In this document: positions 27,990 to 38,531 of the stretch, one piece after another
How positions within the stretch are numbered: the stretch's first letter is position 1
How the letters are laid out: every line of letters starts with the position of its first letter
Source of the DNA: Candidatus Omnitrophota bacterium
GTDB taxonomy: Bacteria > Omnitrophota > Gorgyraeia > Zapsychrales > Zapsychraceae
Direction of reading: 5' to 3'
Assembly: GCA_020632515.1 (NCBI GenBank)
Contig: JACKFK010000005.1
Span: 29,327 to 93,326 of the forward strand
DNA: 64,000 nucleotides
Program-made: the position numbers and the translations under genes
The notes under the pieces: generated by a model
What the model was told of the DNA's origin: nothing
Database searches by the model: none
Seen by the model: the letters and a program-made list of their open reading frames with translations, nothing else

Positions 27990-29966
27990 TTATTGTCGAT
28001 GATTTTGTATTTCAGCAAGCAACTCTTCAGATTCAATCACTCCCAAATTAAAAGCTGTTAAAGCATCTTGCGAAGCTTTATCAAAAATTTTCATTTCAAA
28101 ATACGTCTTTGCTCTGTAATAAAAAGCATTGGCGTTATTTGGAAATAAATAAATTGCGTGAGTAAAATCATTTAAAGCGTTTTGAAATATTTTTTTATGC
28201 AGAAAAGCAAGTCCCCTGTTGTTATAGGCCTTAAAGGAGTTAGGGTTTAGAGCGATAGAGATATTTAAATCTTGTATAGCGGAATCATAAGATCCAAGGG
28301 TATTATACACAAGAGCGCGATTATTATAAGTTATTGAATTTTTTGGATTTTGTAAAATATTTGAAGAATAGCTCTCGATAGCTTCGGAAAATTGTTTGGT
28401 CATAACAAAACAATCTCCAATAGCCATATTTATATTTGGAAATTTAGGATTTAAAAATTTTACTGTTTGAAATTTTCTTAAAGCTATTGAGTATTTGTGC
28501 AAGTTAAAAAAAATTCTTCCGAGATTGTAATGGGCTTTTTCATATTTTGGATAAAGGGTAACAGCTGTGTTAAAGTTTTTAAAAGCCGAAGGAAGATCCT
28601 TCATTTTTAGATATACGGTGCCACGATTATTATAAGCTTTATAAAAGGAAGGGTTGAGTTCGATAGATTTGTTTAAATCTTTTAATGCTAAAAGAGGCAG
28701 ATTTCTTTCACTGTAAGCGTATCCACGGTAATTGTAAGCTTCGAAGGTTTGTGGTGCATACTTAAGAACATTTGACCAAAGGGAAATAGTATCTTTCCAA
28801 ACGAACGTTTGATGAAAAGTTTTAATTCCGAGAAAAAGAACGATTAAAGGAAAAAAGATAAGGGTAAGTTTTTTTAAAAATAAGGAGTTTGATTTTATCG
28901 CTTTTTCAAAAAGGTGACTGATTAACAGGCAAAATCCTAAAGAAGGAAGATACATAAAACGATCAGCGACAATATCAAGTTCAGATAAATCAGAGGTTCG
29001 TAAAAGAAAGAAAATGGAAAAAAAATAAAAGGCCCAAGAAAAAAGAAAAAGACGGTATTTTCTAAAGAAAAATAGAAAAAAGGGAAGAGCCATAGAAAGA
29101 AAAAGTGAAAAGAAGTAGGATGGATTAAAGAAGGATACAGGTTTGGGCAATGTGTAGACCAGAGAAAAATTTAGAGGGATAAAGAATTTTTGTATATAGA
29201 AAGAAAAGGACCATATCCAAATAAGAAAAGTTTCTAAAAAAGACGGGGATATTACCAAAATATGCAGATTTCTTGAATAGGTTATCCAAACAATAGGGCC
29301 GATAAACAAAAGAAAAGGAATTTTCTCGAGAAAAGTTTTCTTTGACAATGTTCTGGGTGTAAACCAATCTATTAGAAGGAGAATCAACGGAAGACTTAAG
29401 GCCATGGCTTTTGACAAAATGCTTACGATTGCAAAAAAAAGAGAAAGAAGATAGAACTTTATTTCTTTTTTTTCAAGGTAATTTAAATAACATAAGATAG
29501 AAAGAAGATAGAAAAAGCCATATAACACATCTTTTCGTTCTGTAATCCAGGCGACAGATTCGACGTGAATAGGATGGATGCCGAAAATAAGAGCTGTGAA
29601 AAAAGCGCAAAAAGGAGAAAATCTTAATTTGAGAATTAAAAAAAATATTAAGAGACAACATCCGATATGTAGAAGGATGTTGTTTAAATGAAAAAAGAAA
29701 GGGTTCATTCCAAAAAGAGAATGTTCTAAATTGAAAGAAAAAATAGTTAATGGAATATAAGTAGAAATAACAGTGCTACGGAAGATGTTGACTGTGTTTG
29801 CCCAGGAAAATTCTTGAATATGAGGATTGTTTGCCAAGTGGGCTTCGTCATCCCAATTGAGAAAATCTCCTTTTAGGGTAGGGGCATAAGTAAAGAAAAG
29901 AATAATGCACAGAGAACTGATTAAGAAAGAAAATTTTGGAGATTTGGAAAAAAGAGAAGCACCCAT
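27990..29966 (-). CDS. Polytopic membrane protein with C-terminal TPR repeats (PMT/TMTC-like glycosyltransferase architecture)
   Basis: 658 aa. About 10 or more hydrophobic segments in the N-terminal 400 aa, then 7 or more TPR units (repeated AYNNRG..Y......A..D...AI.L.P). One of only two minus-strand genes right of the origin. Confidence 0.7.
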   Translation of the reverse strand: MGASLFSKSPKFSFLISSLCIILFFTYAPTLKGDFLNWDDEAHLANNPHIQEFSWANTVNIFRSTVISTYIPLTIFSFNLEHSLFGMNPFFFHLNNILLHIGCCLLIFFLILKLRFSPFCAFFTALIFGIHPIHVESVAWITERKDVLYGFFYLLSILCYLNYLEKKEIKFYLLSLFFAIVSILSKAMALSLPLILLLIDWFTPRTLSKKTFLEKIPFLLFIGPIVWITYSRNLHILVISPSFLETFLIWIWSFSFYIQKFFIPLNFSLVYTLPKPVSFFNPSYFFSLFLSMALPFFLFFFRKYRLFLFSWAFYFFSIFFLLRTSDLSELDIVADRFMYLPSLGFCLLISHLFEKAIKSNSLFLKKLTLIFFPLIVLFLGIKTFHQTFVWKDTISLWSNVLKYAPQTFEAYNYRGYAYSERNLPLLALKDLNKSIELNPSFYKAYNNRGTVYLKMKDLPSAFKNFNTAVTLYPKYEKAHYNLGRIFFNLHKYSIALRKFQTVKFLNPKFPNINMAIGDCFVMTKQFSEAIESYSSNILQNPKNSITYNNRALVYNTLGSYDSAIQDLNISIALNPNSFKAYNNRGLAFLHKKIFQNALNDFTHAIYLFPNNANAFYYRAKTYFEMKIFDKASQDALTAFNLGVIESEELLAEIQNHRQ

Positions 29967-30095
29967 ATTTATAGTAATAAGTTTATAATATTATTTATAA
30001 TAATACTATGGAAAAGAAACATTAAACAATAATTAACGCCCAAAAAACTGATTTTGTGTTATAAGTAGGGAAATTAGAGAAAGGAAACAAAGATT

Positions 30096-31739
30096 GTGGA
30101 TTTAGAAATTTTATTGCTTATCGGAAGTTCAATGTTTTTGGGGACACTATTTTCTAAAATATTTAGCCGGTTTAATATCCCTCAGGTTATTAGTTATGTT
30201 TTTATTGGTCTTATAATGGGAAATAGTTTTTTGCAATTATGGAGTGCCGAAAAAATAGAAGCTTTTACACCTTTTGTAAATCTCGCCTTGGGGATTATTG
30301 GATTTATGATAGGGGCCGAATTAAAGATGGAAATTTTTAAGAACAGAGGCCGGAGTATATATAGCATTTTATTTTGTGAAGTTTTTGTTACCTTTGCTGT
30401 GGTGTCATTTTTTATTATTTTAATTACTAAAAAAGTTTATTTAGGAGTGTTATTTGGGGCCCTTGCTTCAGCAACAGCGCCTGCAGCTACGGTAGATGTT
30501 TTATGGGAAAATAAAGCAAGGGGGCCATTAACAACAACGATTTTAGCTATTGTCGCGTTGGACGACGTTCTCGCTTTACTTTTATACGGCTTTGCAAGTG
30601 TTTTTGCGAAAACAATGATTACCCAAGAGCATGTTTCGTTTTTGCACGCATTAGAAATGCCTCTTATAGAAATAGGATCTTCAATTGGGTTAGGTGTTGC
30701 GGGAGCCTATCTTCTTTATTGGGTCATGCAAATTATAAAAGACAGGGAAAGAATACTTCCCTTTTCTTTAGGTATTTTATGTTTAATTGTTGGATTAGCA
30801 ACCCAATGGAAAATTGATTTGATTCTATCGTCTATGATAATGGGATTTATTTTAACTAACTTGTCTCCCAGCGAGAGTAAAGGTGTCTTTGAGGCAATTA
30901 AAAGGTTTAGTACCCCTATTTATGTTTTATTTTTTGTTTTGGTCGGTGCCAGGTTGGATGTTCGTTTAATGTTTGCTTCAGGGATTTCCGTTATTGCCTT
31001 TGTTTATGTTTTGAGTAGAAGTTTTGGAAAAATGTCAGGATCTATTTTGGGAGGTTTTATTGGAGGGGCACATGAATCTGTAACAAAATATTTAGGGCTG
31101 TGTCTTTTTTCGCAAGCAGGTGTTGCGATTGGAATGGCTATATCTATTCATCAAAATTTATCACACATGGGGGCTGAAGCAAGTCAGATTGGTTTGTTGA
31201 TTATTAATGTTATTGTCGGAACAACATTTATTGTTCAGCTAATTGGGCCCATATGCGTCCGTTTTGCCATTTTTAAAGCAAAGGAAGCTGGAAGAGATGT
31301 TAATGAAGATGATGTTATTGATTCATTAAAAGTTTCAGATGTCCTTGATGAAGATATCCCTTTGATAAAAGAAAGTGTTCATTTAGATGAAATGGTCGAT
31401 TTAGTAAAGAAAAGTGAATCAGCCGAATTTTGTGTTCTTAATGAAAAAGGAAGCTTATTAGGGATTATATCCATTGGTGATTTGAGGGAGGTTCTAAGAG
31501 AACAGGAATTAGAGTTAGATACATTAATATTAGCGAAAGATATTGCCGTTCCTCCAAGTCGGGTTATTTTAGGTCAAAAGATGTTAAGATCAGCCATTGA
31601 AATATTTCAACGAACAGGAATTGAATATTTGCCGGTTGTTAAAGATGAGGAAACCAAAGAATTTGTAGGGATGGTTCACTATAAAGTAATTATGGAGAAG
31701 GTTCAAAAAGAAGTTATCACCCGTCGAGGAACATCTTAA
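30096..31739 (+). CDS. Cation:proton antiporter (CPA family) with C-terminal CBS pair
   Basis: About 390 aa of TM helices resembling the Na+/H+ exchanger family, then two CBS-like segments (FCVLNEKGSLLGIISIGDL; LPVVKDEETKEFVGMV). Confidence 0.75.
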   Translation: MDLEILLLIGSSMFLGTLFSKIFSRFNIPQVISYVFIGLIMGNSFLQLWSAEKIEAFTPFVNLALGIIGFMIGAELKMEIFKNRGRSIYSILFCEVFVTFAVVSFFIILITKKVYLGVLFGALASATAPAATVDVLWENKARGPLTTTILAIVALDDVLALLLYGFASVFAKTMITQEHVSFLHALEMPLIEIGSSIGLGVAGAYLLYWVMQIIKDRERILPFSLGILCLIVGLATQWKIDLILSSMIMGFILTNLSPSESKGVFEAIKRFSTPIYVLFFVLVGARLDVRLMFASGISVIAFVYVLSRSFGKMSGSILGGFIGGAHESVTKYLGLCLFSQAGVAIGMAISIHQNLSHMGAEASQIGLLIINVIVGTTFIVQLIGPICVRFAIFKAKEAGRDVNEDDVIDSLKVSDVLDEDIPLIKESVHLDEMVDLVKKSESAEFCVLNEKGSLLGIISIGDLREVLREQELELDTLILAKDIAVPPSRVILGQKMLRSAIEIFQRTGIEYLPVVKDEETKEFVGMVHYKVIMEKVQKEVITRRGTS

Positions 31740-31740
31740 A

Positions 31741-32310
31741 GTGAATATGGAAAATAAATTAAGAAAAACTATTTTTCTTTTTTTTGTTTTGTTGAGTTTT
31801 TCGGGATGTGATGTTATTTACGGGGTTTTAGATAAAAAAGGGGCGGAAGAAAAAGAGCTTGTTGGTGAACTTATTCCGTTTGAAAAAAATCCAACAGTTG
31901 AAGAAATACAGAAATTATTAAAACTTTATGGTTATAACCCCGGAAAAATTGACGGGGTTTTGGGTTTGAAAACACGCAATGCGATTGAAAGATTTCAGAA
32001 GGACTATGATTTAGAGCCTACCAGATTTGTTGATCAATTAACGTGGGAAAAGTTAAAATATTTCAAAGATGTAGGATTAGTTCTTAATGATGAATTAAAC
32101 ATTAATCTTATTCAAACAATTTTGCATTATAATGGCTATCAACCAGGGAAAATAGATGGAAAGTTAGGAGGAAAAACGCAAGAGGCCATTATTTCTTTTC
32201 AAAAAGCTCACGGATTAAAGCCGGACGGTAAAATTGGTTTTAAAACATTGCTACAATTGTCCACATATCTTCAATTGGAAAGCTCCACAACACAAGCTTC
32301 CCCTCCTTAG
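31741..32310 (+). CDS. Lipoprotein with two peptidoglycan-binding (PG_binding_1) repeats
   Basis: Lipobox FSGC. Repeated L...GY.PGKIDG.LG.KT..AI..FQK...L...G. Confidence 0.75.
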   Translation: MNMENKLRKTIFLFFVLLSFSGCDVIYGVLDKKGAEEKELVGELIPFEKNPTVEEIQKLLKLYGYNPGKIDGVLGLKTRNAIERFQKDYDLEPTRFVDQLTWEKLKYFKDVGLVLNDELNINLIQTILHYNGYQPGKIDGKLGGKTQEAIISFQKAHGLKPDGKIGFKTLLQLSTYLQLESSTTQASPP

Positions 32311-32388
32311 GGATAAGCCGGTTGCAATTTCGAGCTATAACCCGTATAATAAAATTCAATTTTAATGTAGTATCACGAAAGAGATAAA

Positions 32389-33153
32389 ATGAATTCTTTT
32401 GAAGCTGTCATCTTTGATCTAGACGGAGTTATTACAAAAACAGCGAAGGTTCACGCTGCTGCATGGAAAGCGATGTTTGACGAATATTTGCAAGAACGGG
32501 CAAAGCAAGGCAAAGAGGCTTTTAGAGAGTTTTCTTATGAGCAAGATTACTTAACATATGTGGACGGTAAACCCCGATATAAAGGTGTCGAAAGTTTTTT
32601 AAAGTCACGTAATATCAGCATTCCTTTTGGAAATCCGACAGATTTATCAAAAAAAGAAACCATCTGTGGTTTGGGGAATCGAAAAAATGAAAAATTTGTG
32701 GAAACTATTGAAAAGGAAGGGGTGGATATATATATCCCCATGGTGAAGTTAATCAAAGAATTAAAGGAAAAAGGAATTCATATTGGTGTAGCTTCTTCGA
32801 GTAAGAATTGCGAATTGGTTTTGCAAACAACAGAATTAGATCAATTTTTTGAAACAAGAGTTGATGGAATTGTTTCAGCTAAATTAGGATTAAAAGGAAA
32901 GCCCGAAGGAGATATCTTTGTTAAAGCCGCAGAAAATATGGGAGTTTCTCCCGATAAGGCTATTGTCATTGAGGACGCTGTTTCGGGTGTTCAGGCTGGA
33001 AAAAACGGAGGCTTTGGATTAGTCATTGGAATGGCGAGGGAAAATAACGAAGAAGATCTTTTAAGAAACGGCGCAGATATTGTTAAGAAAAATTTTGAAG
33101 GAATCACTATTGAAACGTTGGAGCAATGGTTCAAAAAAAAGAACAAACTTTAG
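32389..33153 (+). CDS. pgmB: Beta-phosphoglucomutase family HAD hydrolase
   Basis: HAD motif I VIFDLDGVIT, ASSSKN, GKPEGDIF, EDAVSGVQAG. Length and motif order as in beta-PGM. Confidence 0.8.
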   Translation: MNSFEAVIFDLDGVITKTAKVHAAAWKAMFDEYLQERAKQGKEAFREFSYEQDYLTYVDGKPRYKGVESFLKSRNISIPFGNPTDLSKKETICGLGNRKNEKFVETIEKEGVDIYIPMVKLIKELKEKGIHIGVASSSKNCELVLQTTELDQFFETRVDGIVSAKLGLKGKPEGDIFVKAAENMGVSPDKAIVIEDAVSGVQAGKNGGFGLVIGMARENNEEDLLRNGADIVKKNFEGITIETLEQWFKKKNKL

Positions 33154-33920
33154 ATTTTTTTAAAAACTTAGATGAAATAAAAAAAAGATTATCCTTAAAA
33201 GAGATTTTTGTGTTTCTGGATTATGATGGAACTCTTACCCCGATTGTCGCTACTCCGGATTTAGCGATCCTTTCTAAAGAAATGCACGACAAGATAAAAA
33301 TACTTTCACAGAAAAGAAATGTGGCCATTGTTAGCGGCCGAGCTACGGATGATGTTAAAGATAAGGTAAAAATCGACGGTATTTTTTATGCCGGCAGTCA
33401 TGGATTCGAGATTGTGACTCCGCACGGTGATGTTAAAATTAATCAGCAAGCTAAAAATATTAAAAATGACATCGATAGTGTTTATAAAGAACTTTTAGAA
33501 AAATTAAAAGAAGTCTCTGGCTCATTAGTCGAGCATGTTAAGTATACTATTTCTGTTCATTATCGTCTGGTTGAGGAAAAAGATTTTTCTAAAGTTGAAA
33601 TAGCGGTAAATGACATTATTAAAAGATACCCAAATTTGCGAAAAACAAAAGGAAAAAAGGTTTTTGAAATTAGACCTGATATTGATTGGGACAAGGGGAA
33701 GGCTGTTGAATGGATTTTAGGGGCGCTAAAATTTGATGCGAAAAAACAAATAGCTATTTATATCGGGGATGATACGACGGACGAAGATGCTTTTAAAGTT
33801 CTAAAAGATAAAGGTTTTGGAATATTAGTCTCCGAAAATGCGAGAGAAACAAAAGCCGAATATCGAATTAACGATACAGAAGAGGTTAAAAAAGCGTTAG
33901 ATTTTTTAATAGAAAATTGA
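33126..33920 (+). CDS. otsB: Trehalose-6-phosphate phosphatase family protein
   Basis: FLDYDGTLTPIV, SGR, and GDDTTDEDAF, the motifs of the T6PP HAD subfamily. Overlaps pgmB by 28 nt. Confidence 0.8.
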   Translation: MVQKKEQTLDFFKNLDEIKKRLSLKEIFVFLDYDGTLTPIVATPDLAILSKEMHDKIKILSQKRNVAIVSGRATDDVKDKVKIDGIFYAGSHGFEIVTPHGDVKINQQAKNIKNDIDSVYKELLEKLKEVSGSLVEHVKYTISVHYRLVEEKDFSKVEIAVNDIIKRYPNLRKTKGKKVFEIRPDIDWDKGKAVEWILGALKFDAKKQIAIYIGDDTTDEDAFKVLKDKGFGILVSENARETKAEYRINDTEEVKKALDFLIEN

Positions 33921-33927
33921 GTAAATA

Positions 33928-36363
33928 ATGAAAAAATGGAAACTTACTTACAATAAATTTATTCCCGAAGAGGAGAGCTTGAGAGAATCCTTGTGCACGT
34001 TAGGAAATGGTTATTTTGGAACTCGAGGAGCAATTCCCGAATCTTCAGCGAATAAAGTCCACTATCCCGGAACGTATATCGCAGGTGTTTATAATACTTT
34101 AACTACGGAAATTGCCAATCGGTTAATTGCCAATGAAGATTTTGTAAATTGTCCTAATTGGTTGATGTTAACTTATCGTATTGACAACGGTCCGTGGATT
34201 AATAGGCAAAAAGTTAAGATCCTTTCTTGGAAAGTCGAACTTAATATGCGTAAAGGTATTCTTTCTCGAAGAATCCGTTGGCAAGATGATAAAGGAAGAA
34301 GAACTTTGGTAGAGAGTCATTGCCTGGTTAGTATGGCTCATCCGCATTGCGGGGGATTGCGGATAACTATTACACCGGAAAACTATAGCGGAACTATTAC
34401 GGTTCGCAGCGGGATCGACGGGTTAATTATTAATGCAGGTGTTGACCGGTATAAGCAGCTAAGATCCAAGCATTTGGAGCCTTATTTATTAGGAGCGTTT
34501 GGTGAGCAAGGAATATTTTTACAAATGCAGACAAATCAGTCTAATATTCAAATCACGGAAGCGTTACGTAATTTGTTTTATTTAAATAATGAAGCCATTC
34601 ATCCAGAATTGAAGATTATTTCTCATGGAAAACAACGGATTATGCACGAAACTCAAGTTAATGTCAAAAAGGGGGAAAAGTTTTCGATTGAGAAATTAGT
34701 TAGCCTTTACACATCGAGGGATCATGGCGTGGCAGATAATTGTGCCATTGCCCAAGATACGGTAAATAAAATCGAAAATTTCGAAATATTATTTAAAGCT
34801 CATCAAGCCCGATGGAAAGCTTTATGGAAGAGATATGATGTTGAAGTCGAGGGGGATTCTTTTGTTCAATTAGCTTTACGTTTGCATATATTTCATTTGC
34901 TTCAGTCGGCATCTACGTATAACGATGATATTGACGCTGGAATGCCAGTTAGAGGGCTTCATGGCGAGGCTTACCGAGGGCATATTTTTTGGGACGAATT
35001 ATATGTCTTTCCTTTTTATAATTTACATTCGCCCGAGATAACGCGAGCTTTGTTAATGTATCGCTATCGACGGCTAGGTGCCGCTAAAGAAAATGCGAAG
35101 CAACAAGGATTTAAAGGTGCGATGTATCCATGGCAGACAGCCTCAACGGGAGAAGAAGTTACACAAATAATCCATCTTAACCCTTTGTCCGGCGTTTGGG
35201 GGCCGGATTATAGTTCTTTGCAGAGGCATGTTTCAATAGCCATTGCGTATAATGTTTGGAATTATCATTACACGACGGGAGATCGAGATTTTTTAGATCG
35301 TTGCGGGGCAGAAATGATTTTAGAAATTGCTCATTTTTGGTCAAGCTCGGCGACGTTTAATAAAAAAAGTGGGAAATTTGAAATTGAAGGTGTTATGGGG
35401 CCGGATGAATTTCATGAAAAATATCCTGGGGCGAATAAAGGTGGTTTGAAAAATAACGCCTACACAAATATCATGGTGGTATGGATCTTAGAAAAAGCTT
35501 TATATATCATTGATAAAATATTAACAGAAGAAGAACGGAATGCTCTTTTATTGAAGGTCGAGGTTTCACAGGAAGAGGTTGCTCGCTGGCGAGAAATGAT
35601 TTTGAAAATGGCCATTCCAATGGACAAGCAAGGGTTGATTCATCAGTTTGAAGGATATATGGATTTAGAAGAGTTGGACTGGGAGGAGTATCGAAATAAA
35701 TATGATAATATTCATCGAATCGATCGTATTTTAAAAGCGGAAGGGTTATCCCCGGACAGTTATAAGGTATCTAAACAAGCCGATGTGTTGATGTTGTTTT
35801 ATGTTCTTAATATACACGAATTAAAAGATATTTTTAAACGATTGGGGTATCCTTTTTCTAAGGAAATCATGCGAAAGAATTTTCGTTATTATTTCGATAG
35901 AACGTCACACGGATCAACTTTAAGTATGGTTGTACATGCTTACGTGGCGGATTTATTGGATATAAAAGAAAATTCATATGAATATTTTATTGAATCATTG
36001 AAAAGCGACATTTATGATTCTCAAGGAGGAACAACTCAAGAAGGAATTCATGCAGGCGTAATGGGGGGGACGATTGATTTATTTTTGCGCAATTACGGGG
36101 GGTTGAATATATTAGAAGATCGTATCTGCCTGGATCCTAAATTGCCGAAGCATTGGAAAAAAATAAAATTTAGTGTCCGTTATAAAAATATTTGGTTTTA
36201 TGTTGTAGTTTTTAAAGATGCTGTAACGATTACAGCGGAACCATTAAAAGAAATATCTCTTCTTCCAACAACAAAAATTCCTATTGAGGTTAGAAAAGAG
36301 ACCTATCAGCTTCTTCCAGGAAAACCGCACACAATTTCTACTAGAGATTTGTTCCAGAAGTAA
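33928..36363 (+). CDS. Glycoside hydrolase family 65 phosphorylase (trehalose/trehalose-6-P/kojibiose phosphorylase type)
   Basis: 811 aa. N-terminal LGNGYFGTRG and a central catalytic-domain region YRGHIFWDELYVFPFY, both typical of GH65. Substrate cannot be assigned from sequence alone. Confidence 0.85.
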   Translation: MKKWKLTYNKFIPEEESLRESLCTLGNGYFGTRGAIPESSANKVHYPGTYIAGVYNTLTTEIANRLIANEDFVNCPNWLMLTYRIDNGPWINRQKVKILSWKVELNMRKGILSRRIRWQDDKGRRTLVESHCLVSMAHPHCGGLRITITPENYSGTITVRSGIDGLIINAGVDRYKQLRSKHLEPYLLGAFGEQGIFLQMQTNQSNIQITEALRNLFYLNNEAIHPELKIISHGKQRIMHETQVNVKKGEKFSIEKLVSLYTSRDHGVADNCAIAQDTVNKIENFEILFKAHQARWKALWKRYDVEVEGDSFVQLALRLHIFHLLQSASTYNDDIDAGMPVRGLHGEAYRGHIFWDELYVFPFYNLHSPEITRALLMYRYRRLGAAKENAKQQGFKGAMYPWQTASTGEEVTQIIHLNPLSGVWGPDYSSLQRHVSIAIAYNVWNYHYTTGDRDFLDRCGAEMILEIAHFWSSSATFNKKSGKFEIEGVMGPDEFHEKYPGANKGGLKNNAYTNIMVVWILEKALYIIDKILTEEERNALLLKVEVSQEEVARWREMILKMAIPMDKQGLIHQFEGYMDLEELDWEEYRNKYDNIHRIDRILKAEGLSPDSYKVSKQADVLMLFYVLNIHELKDIFKRLGYPFSKEIMRKNFRYYFDRTSHGSTLSMVVHAYVADLLDIKENSYEYFIESLKSDIYDSQGGTTQEGIHAGVMGGTIDLFLRNYGGLNILEDRICLDPKLPKHWKKIKFSVRYKNIWFYVVVFKDAVTITAEPLKEISLLPTTKIPIEVRKETYQLLPGKPHTISTRDLFQK

Positions 36364-36467
36364 CTTTATTTTTGTATTAAAAAAAAAGAATTTATCTCGA
36401 AAGTGAAAAGCAGGTGTGTTATGATTTTAAAATTACTTAACTATTTTAAAATGGAATATTTGCATAA

Positions 36468-37598
36468 ATGAAAATACACGAATATCAAGCTTGTGAAATG
36501 TTTAAAAAGGCAGGGATGCCTGTGCCTAAAGGTCGGGTAGCTACTGAAGTTTATGAAGCTGTTTTAATTGCCGAAGAGATTGGATTTCCTGTTGTTTTGA
36601 AGTCGCAAGTGCTTGTCGGCGGCCGCGGTAAAGCCGGAGGAATTAAAGTTGTAAAAAATAAAGCAGAGTTGGAAAAAGTTTTTGGAGAACTGAGAAAGCT
36701 TGTTATTAAAGGGTATCCTGTTGAGAAAATATTTGTCGTTGGCGCGTTAGATATTAAGAAAGAATATTATTTGGCTGTGACGATAGACGGAGCGAATAAC
36801 GATGTTGTTTTGATTGCCAGCGCGGAAGGCGGCGTAGAAATAGAGGAAGTAGCAAAGACTAATCCAAGCGCGATTAAAAAATATTATTTAAAGGGTAGTC
36901 GACAATTAGACCAATCCAGATGGGCAGGTTTTATTAATGAAGTTTTTCCTTCGGAAGATTTAAGAGAAGAAGGAACAAAGATTTTTGAAAAATTGCTAGA
37001 AGTGTTTTTTCAAAATGATTGTTCTTTAGCGGAAATCAATCCATTTGTTGTTGACGGACAGGAAAAAGTTTATGCGGCAGATGCTAAGATTAATTTAGAT
37101 GATAATGCTTTGTTTAGACACGAGGAATTCGAAAAATTAAGGGATTTAAAGTATGAAGATCCAGATGAATTGGAAGCCAAAGAAAAAAATTTAAGTTTTG
37201 TAAAATTAGAAGGGAACGTTGGTTGTATCGTTAATGGAGCTGGCCTAGCAATGGCAACGATGGATATTGTTAACCTTTGCGGCGGTAAGCCGGCAAACTT
37301 TCTTGATGTTGGAGGCAGCTCAAATCCAGAGAAAGTTTTAAATGCTTTAAAAATCATTTTACGGAATAAAGATGTAAAAGCGATATTGATTAATATTTTT
37401 GGCGGCATTACACGGTGTGATGATATTGCTAACGGAATTATAAAAGCTAAAGAACAAATTGAATTGCCGGTTCCTTTGGTTGTTCGTCTGACGGGAACAA
37501 ACGAAAAAGAAGCTAAAGAAATCTTGGCGAAAAAAGGGATTACAACATTTTCAACAATGCGCGACGCTGTTAATAAAGTTGTTGAATTAGCGAAATAA
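36468..37598 (+). CDS. sucC: Succinyl-CoA synthetase beta subunit
   Basis: MKIHEYQA..., an ATP-grasp domain, then a ligase-CoA domain (GCIVNGAGLAMATMD). Confidence 0.93.
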   Translation: MKIHEYQACEMFKKAGMPVPKGRVATEVYEAVLIAEEIGFPVVLKSQVLVGGRGKAGGIKVVKNKAELEKVFGELRKLVIKGYPVEKIFVVGALDIKKEYYLAVTIDGANNDVVLIASAEGGVEIEEVAKTNPSAIKKYYLKGSRQLDQSRWAGFINEVFPSEDLREEGTKIFEKLLEVFFQNDCSLAEINPFVVDGQEKVYAADAKINLDDNALFRHEEFEKLRDLKYEDPDELEAKEKNLSFVKLEGNVGCIVNGAGLAMATMDIVNLCGGKPANFLDVGGSSNPEKVLNALKIILRNKDVKAILINIFGGITRCDDIANGIIKAKEQIELPVPLVVRLTGTNEKEAKEILAKKGITTFSTMRDAVNKVVELAK

Positions 37599-37617
37599 AA
37601 GAAAGTTATAGTAATTT

Positions 37618-38484
37618 ATGAGTATTATTCTTAATGAAAATTCAAAAGTCATTGTTCAAGGCATAACCGGCCGGGACGGATCTTTTCATACTAAACAGAT
37701 GGTAGAGTATGGGACCAAGGTTGTTGGAGGCGTTACACCGGGAAAAGGCGGACAAGAAGTTCATGGTGTTCCTGTTTATAATTCTGTCGCAGAGGCAAAA
37801 AAGCAAACACAGGCGAATGTCGCAGTTATTTATGTGCCTGCCAAATTTGCTAAAGCCGCAATTTTAGAAGATATTGACGCAGGAATAGAACTGATCATTT
37901 GCATTACTGAAGGTGTGCCGGTTATTGATATGGTTGATGTCCAATCGGTGATGAAAGGAAAGAACATTCGAATTGTTGGGCCAAATTGTCCAGGGGTCAT
38001 TTCCCCCGGGAAATGCAAGGTCGGAATCATGCCAGGACATATTCATAAGCCAGGACCTATTGGCGTTGTTTCCCGCAGTGGTACACTTACCTATGAAGTT
38101 GTTTATAATCTTACCTTAAATAATATCGGCCAGTCTAGTTGTGTTGGATTAGGCGGCGATCCTATCATTGGAACGCGGTTTATAGACGTTTTGGAAATGT
38201 TTATGAAAGATGATGAAACTAAAGGGATAGTGATGGTTGGAGAAATTGGCGGAGAAGATGAACAGCGTGCAGCGGAATATATTAAAAAAGAAGTTACTAA
38301 ACCTATTGTGGGATTTATTGCTGGAAGAACTGCTCCACCAGGAAAACGAATGGGGCATGCCGGGGCTATCATTTCATCCGGAGATAGCACGGCAGAGGCC
38401 AAACGAGAGATTCTTAAATCTTCCGGCGTGCAGGTTGTTGATATTCCAGATGAAATACCAGCGATTTTTAAAAATAAATTGTAA
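37618..38484 (+). CDS. sucD: Succinyl-CoA synthetase alpha subunit
   Basis: [13 protein letters not shown] and the phosphohistidine loop RMGHAGAI. Confidence 0.94.
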   Translation: MSIILNENSKVIVQGITGRDGSFHTKQMVEYGTKVVGGVTPGKGGQEVHGVPVYNSVAEAKKQTQANVAVIYVPAKFAKAAILEDIDAGIELIICITEGVPVIDMVDVQSVMKGKNIRIVGPNCPGVISPGKCKVGIMPGHIHKPGPIGVVSRSGTLTYEVVYNLTLNNIGQSSCVGLGGDPIIGTRFIDVLEMFMKDDETKGIVMVGEIGGEDEQRAAEYIKKEVTKPIVGFIAGRTAPPGKRMGHAGAIISSGDSTAEAKREILKSSGVQVVDIPDEIPAIFKNKL

Positions 38485-38531
38485 ACGACGTTCGTCCTAT
38501 TTCCCTACATAACATAATTTTTAAAAATAAA

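Noticed and set aside
37830-38512. Several antisense or alternative-frame ORFs across sucD (60-99 aa).
   Set aside because: All overlap the well-conserved SucD frame, and none has SD support.
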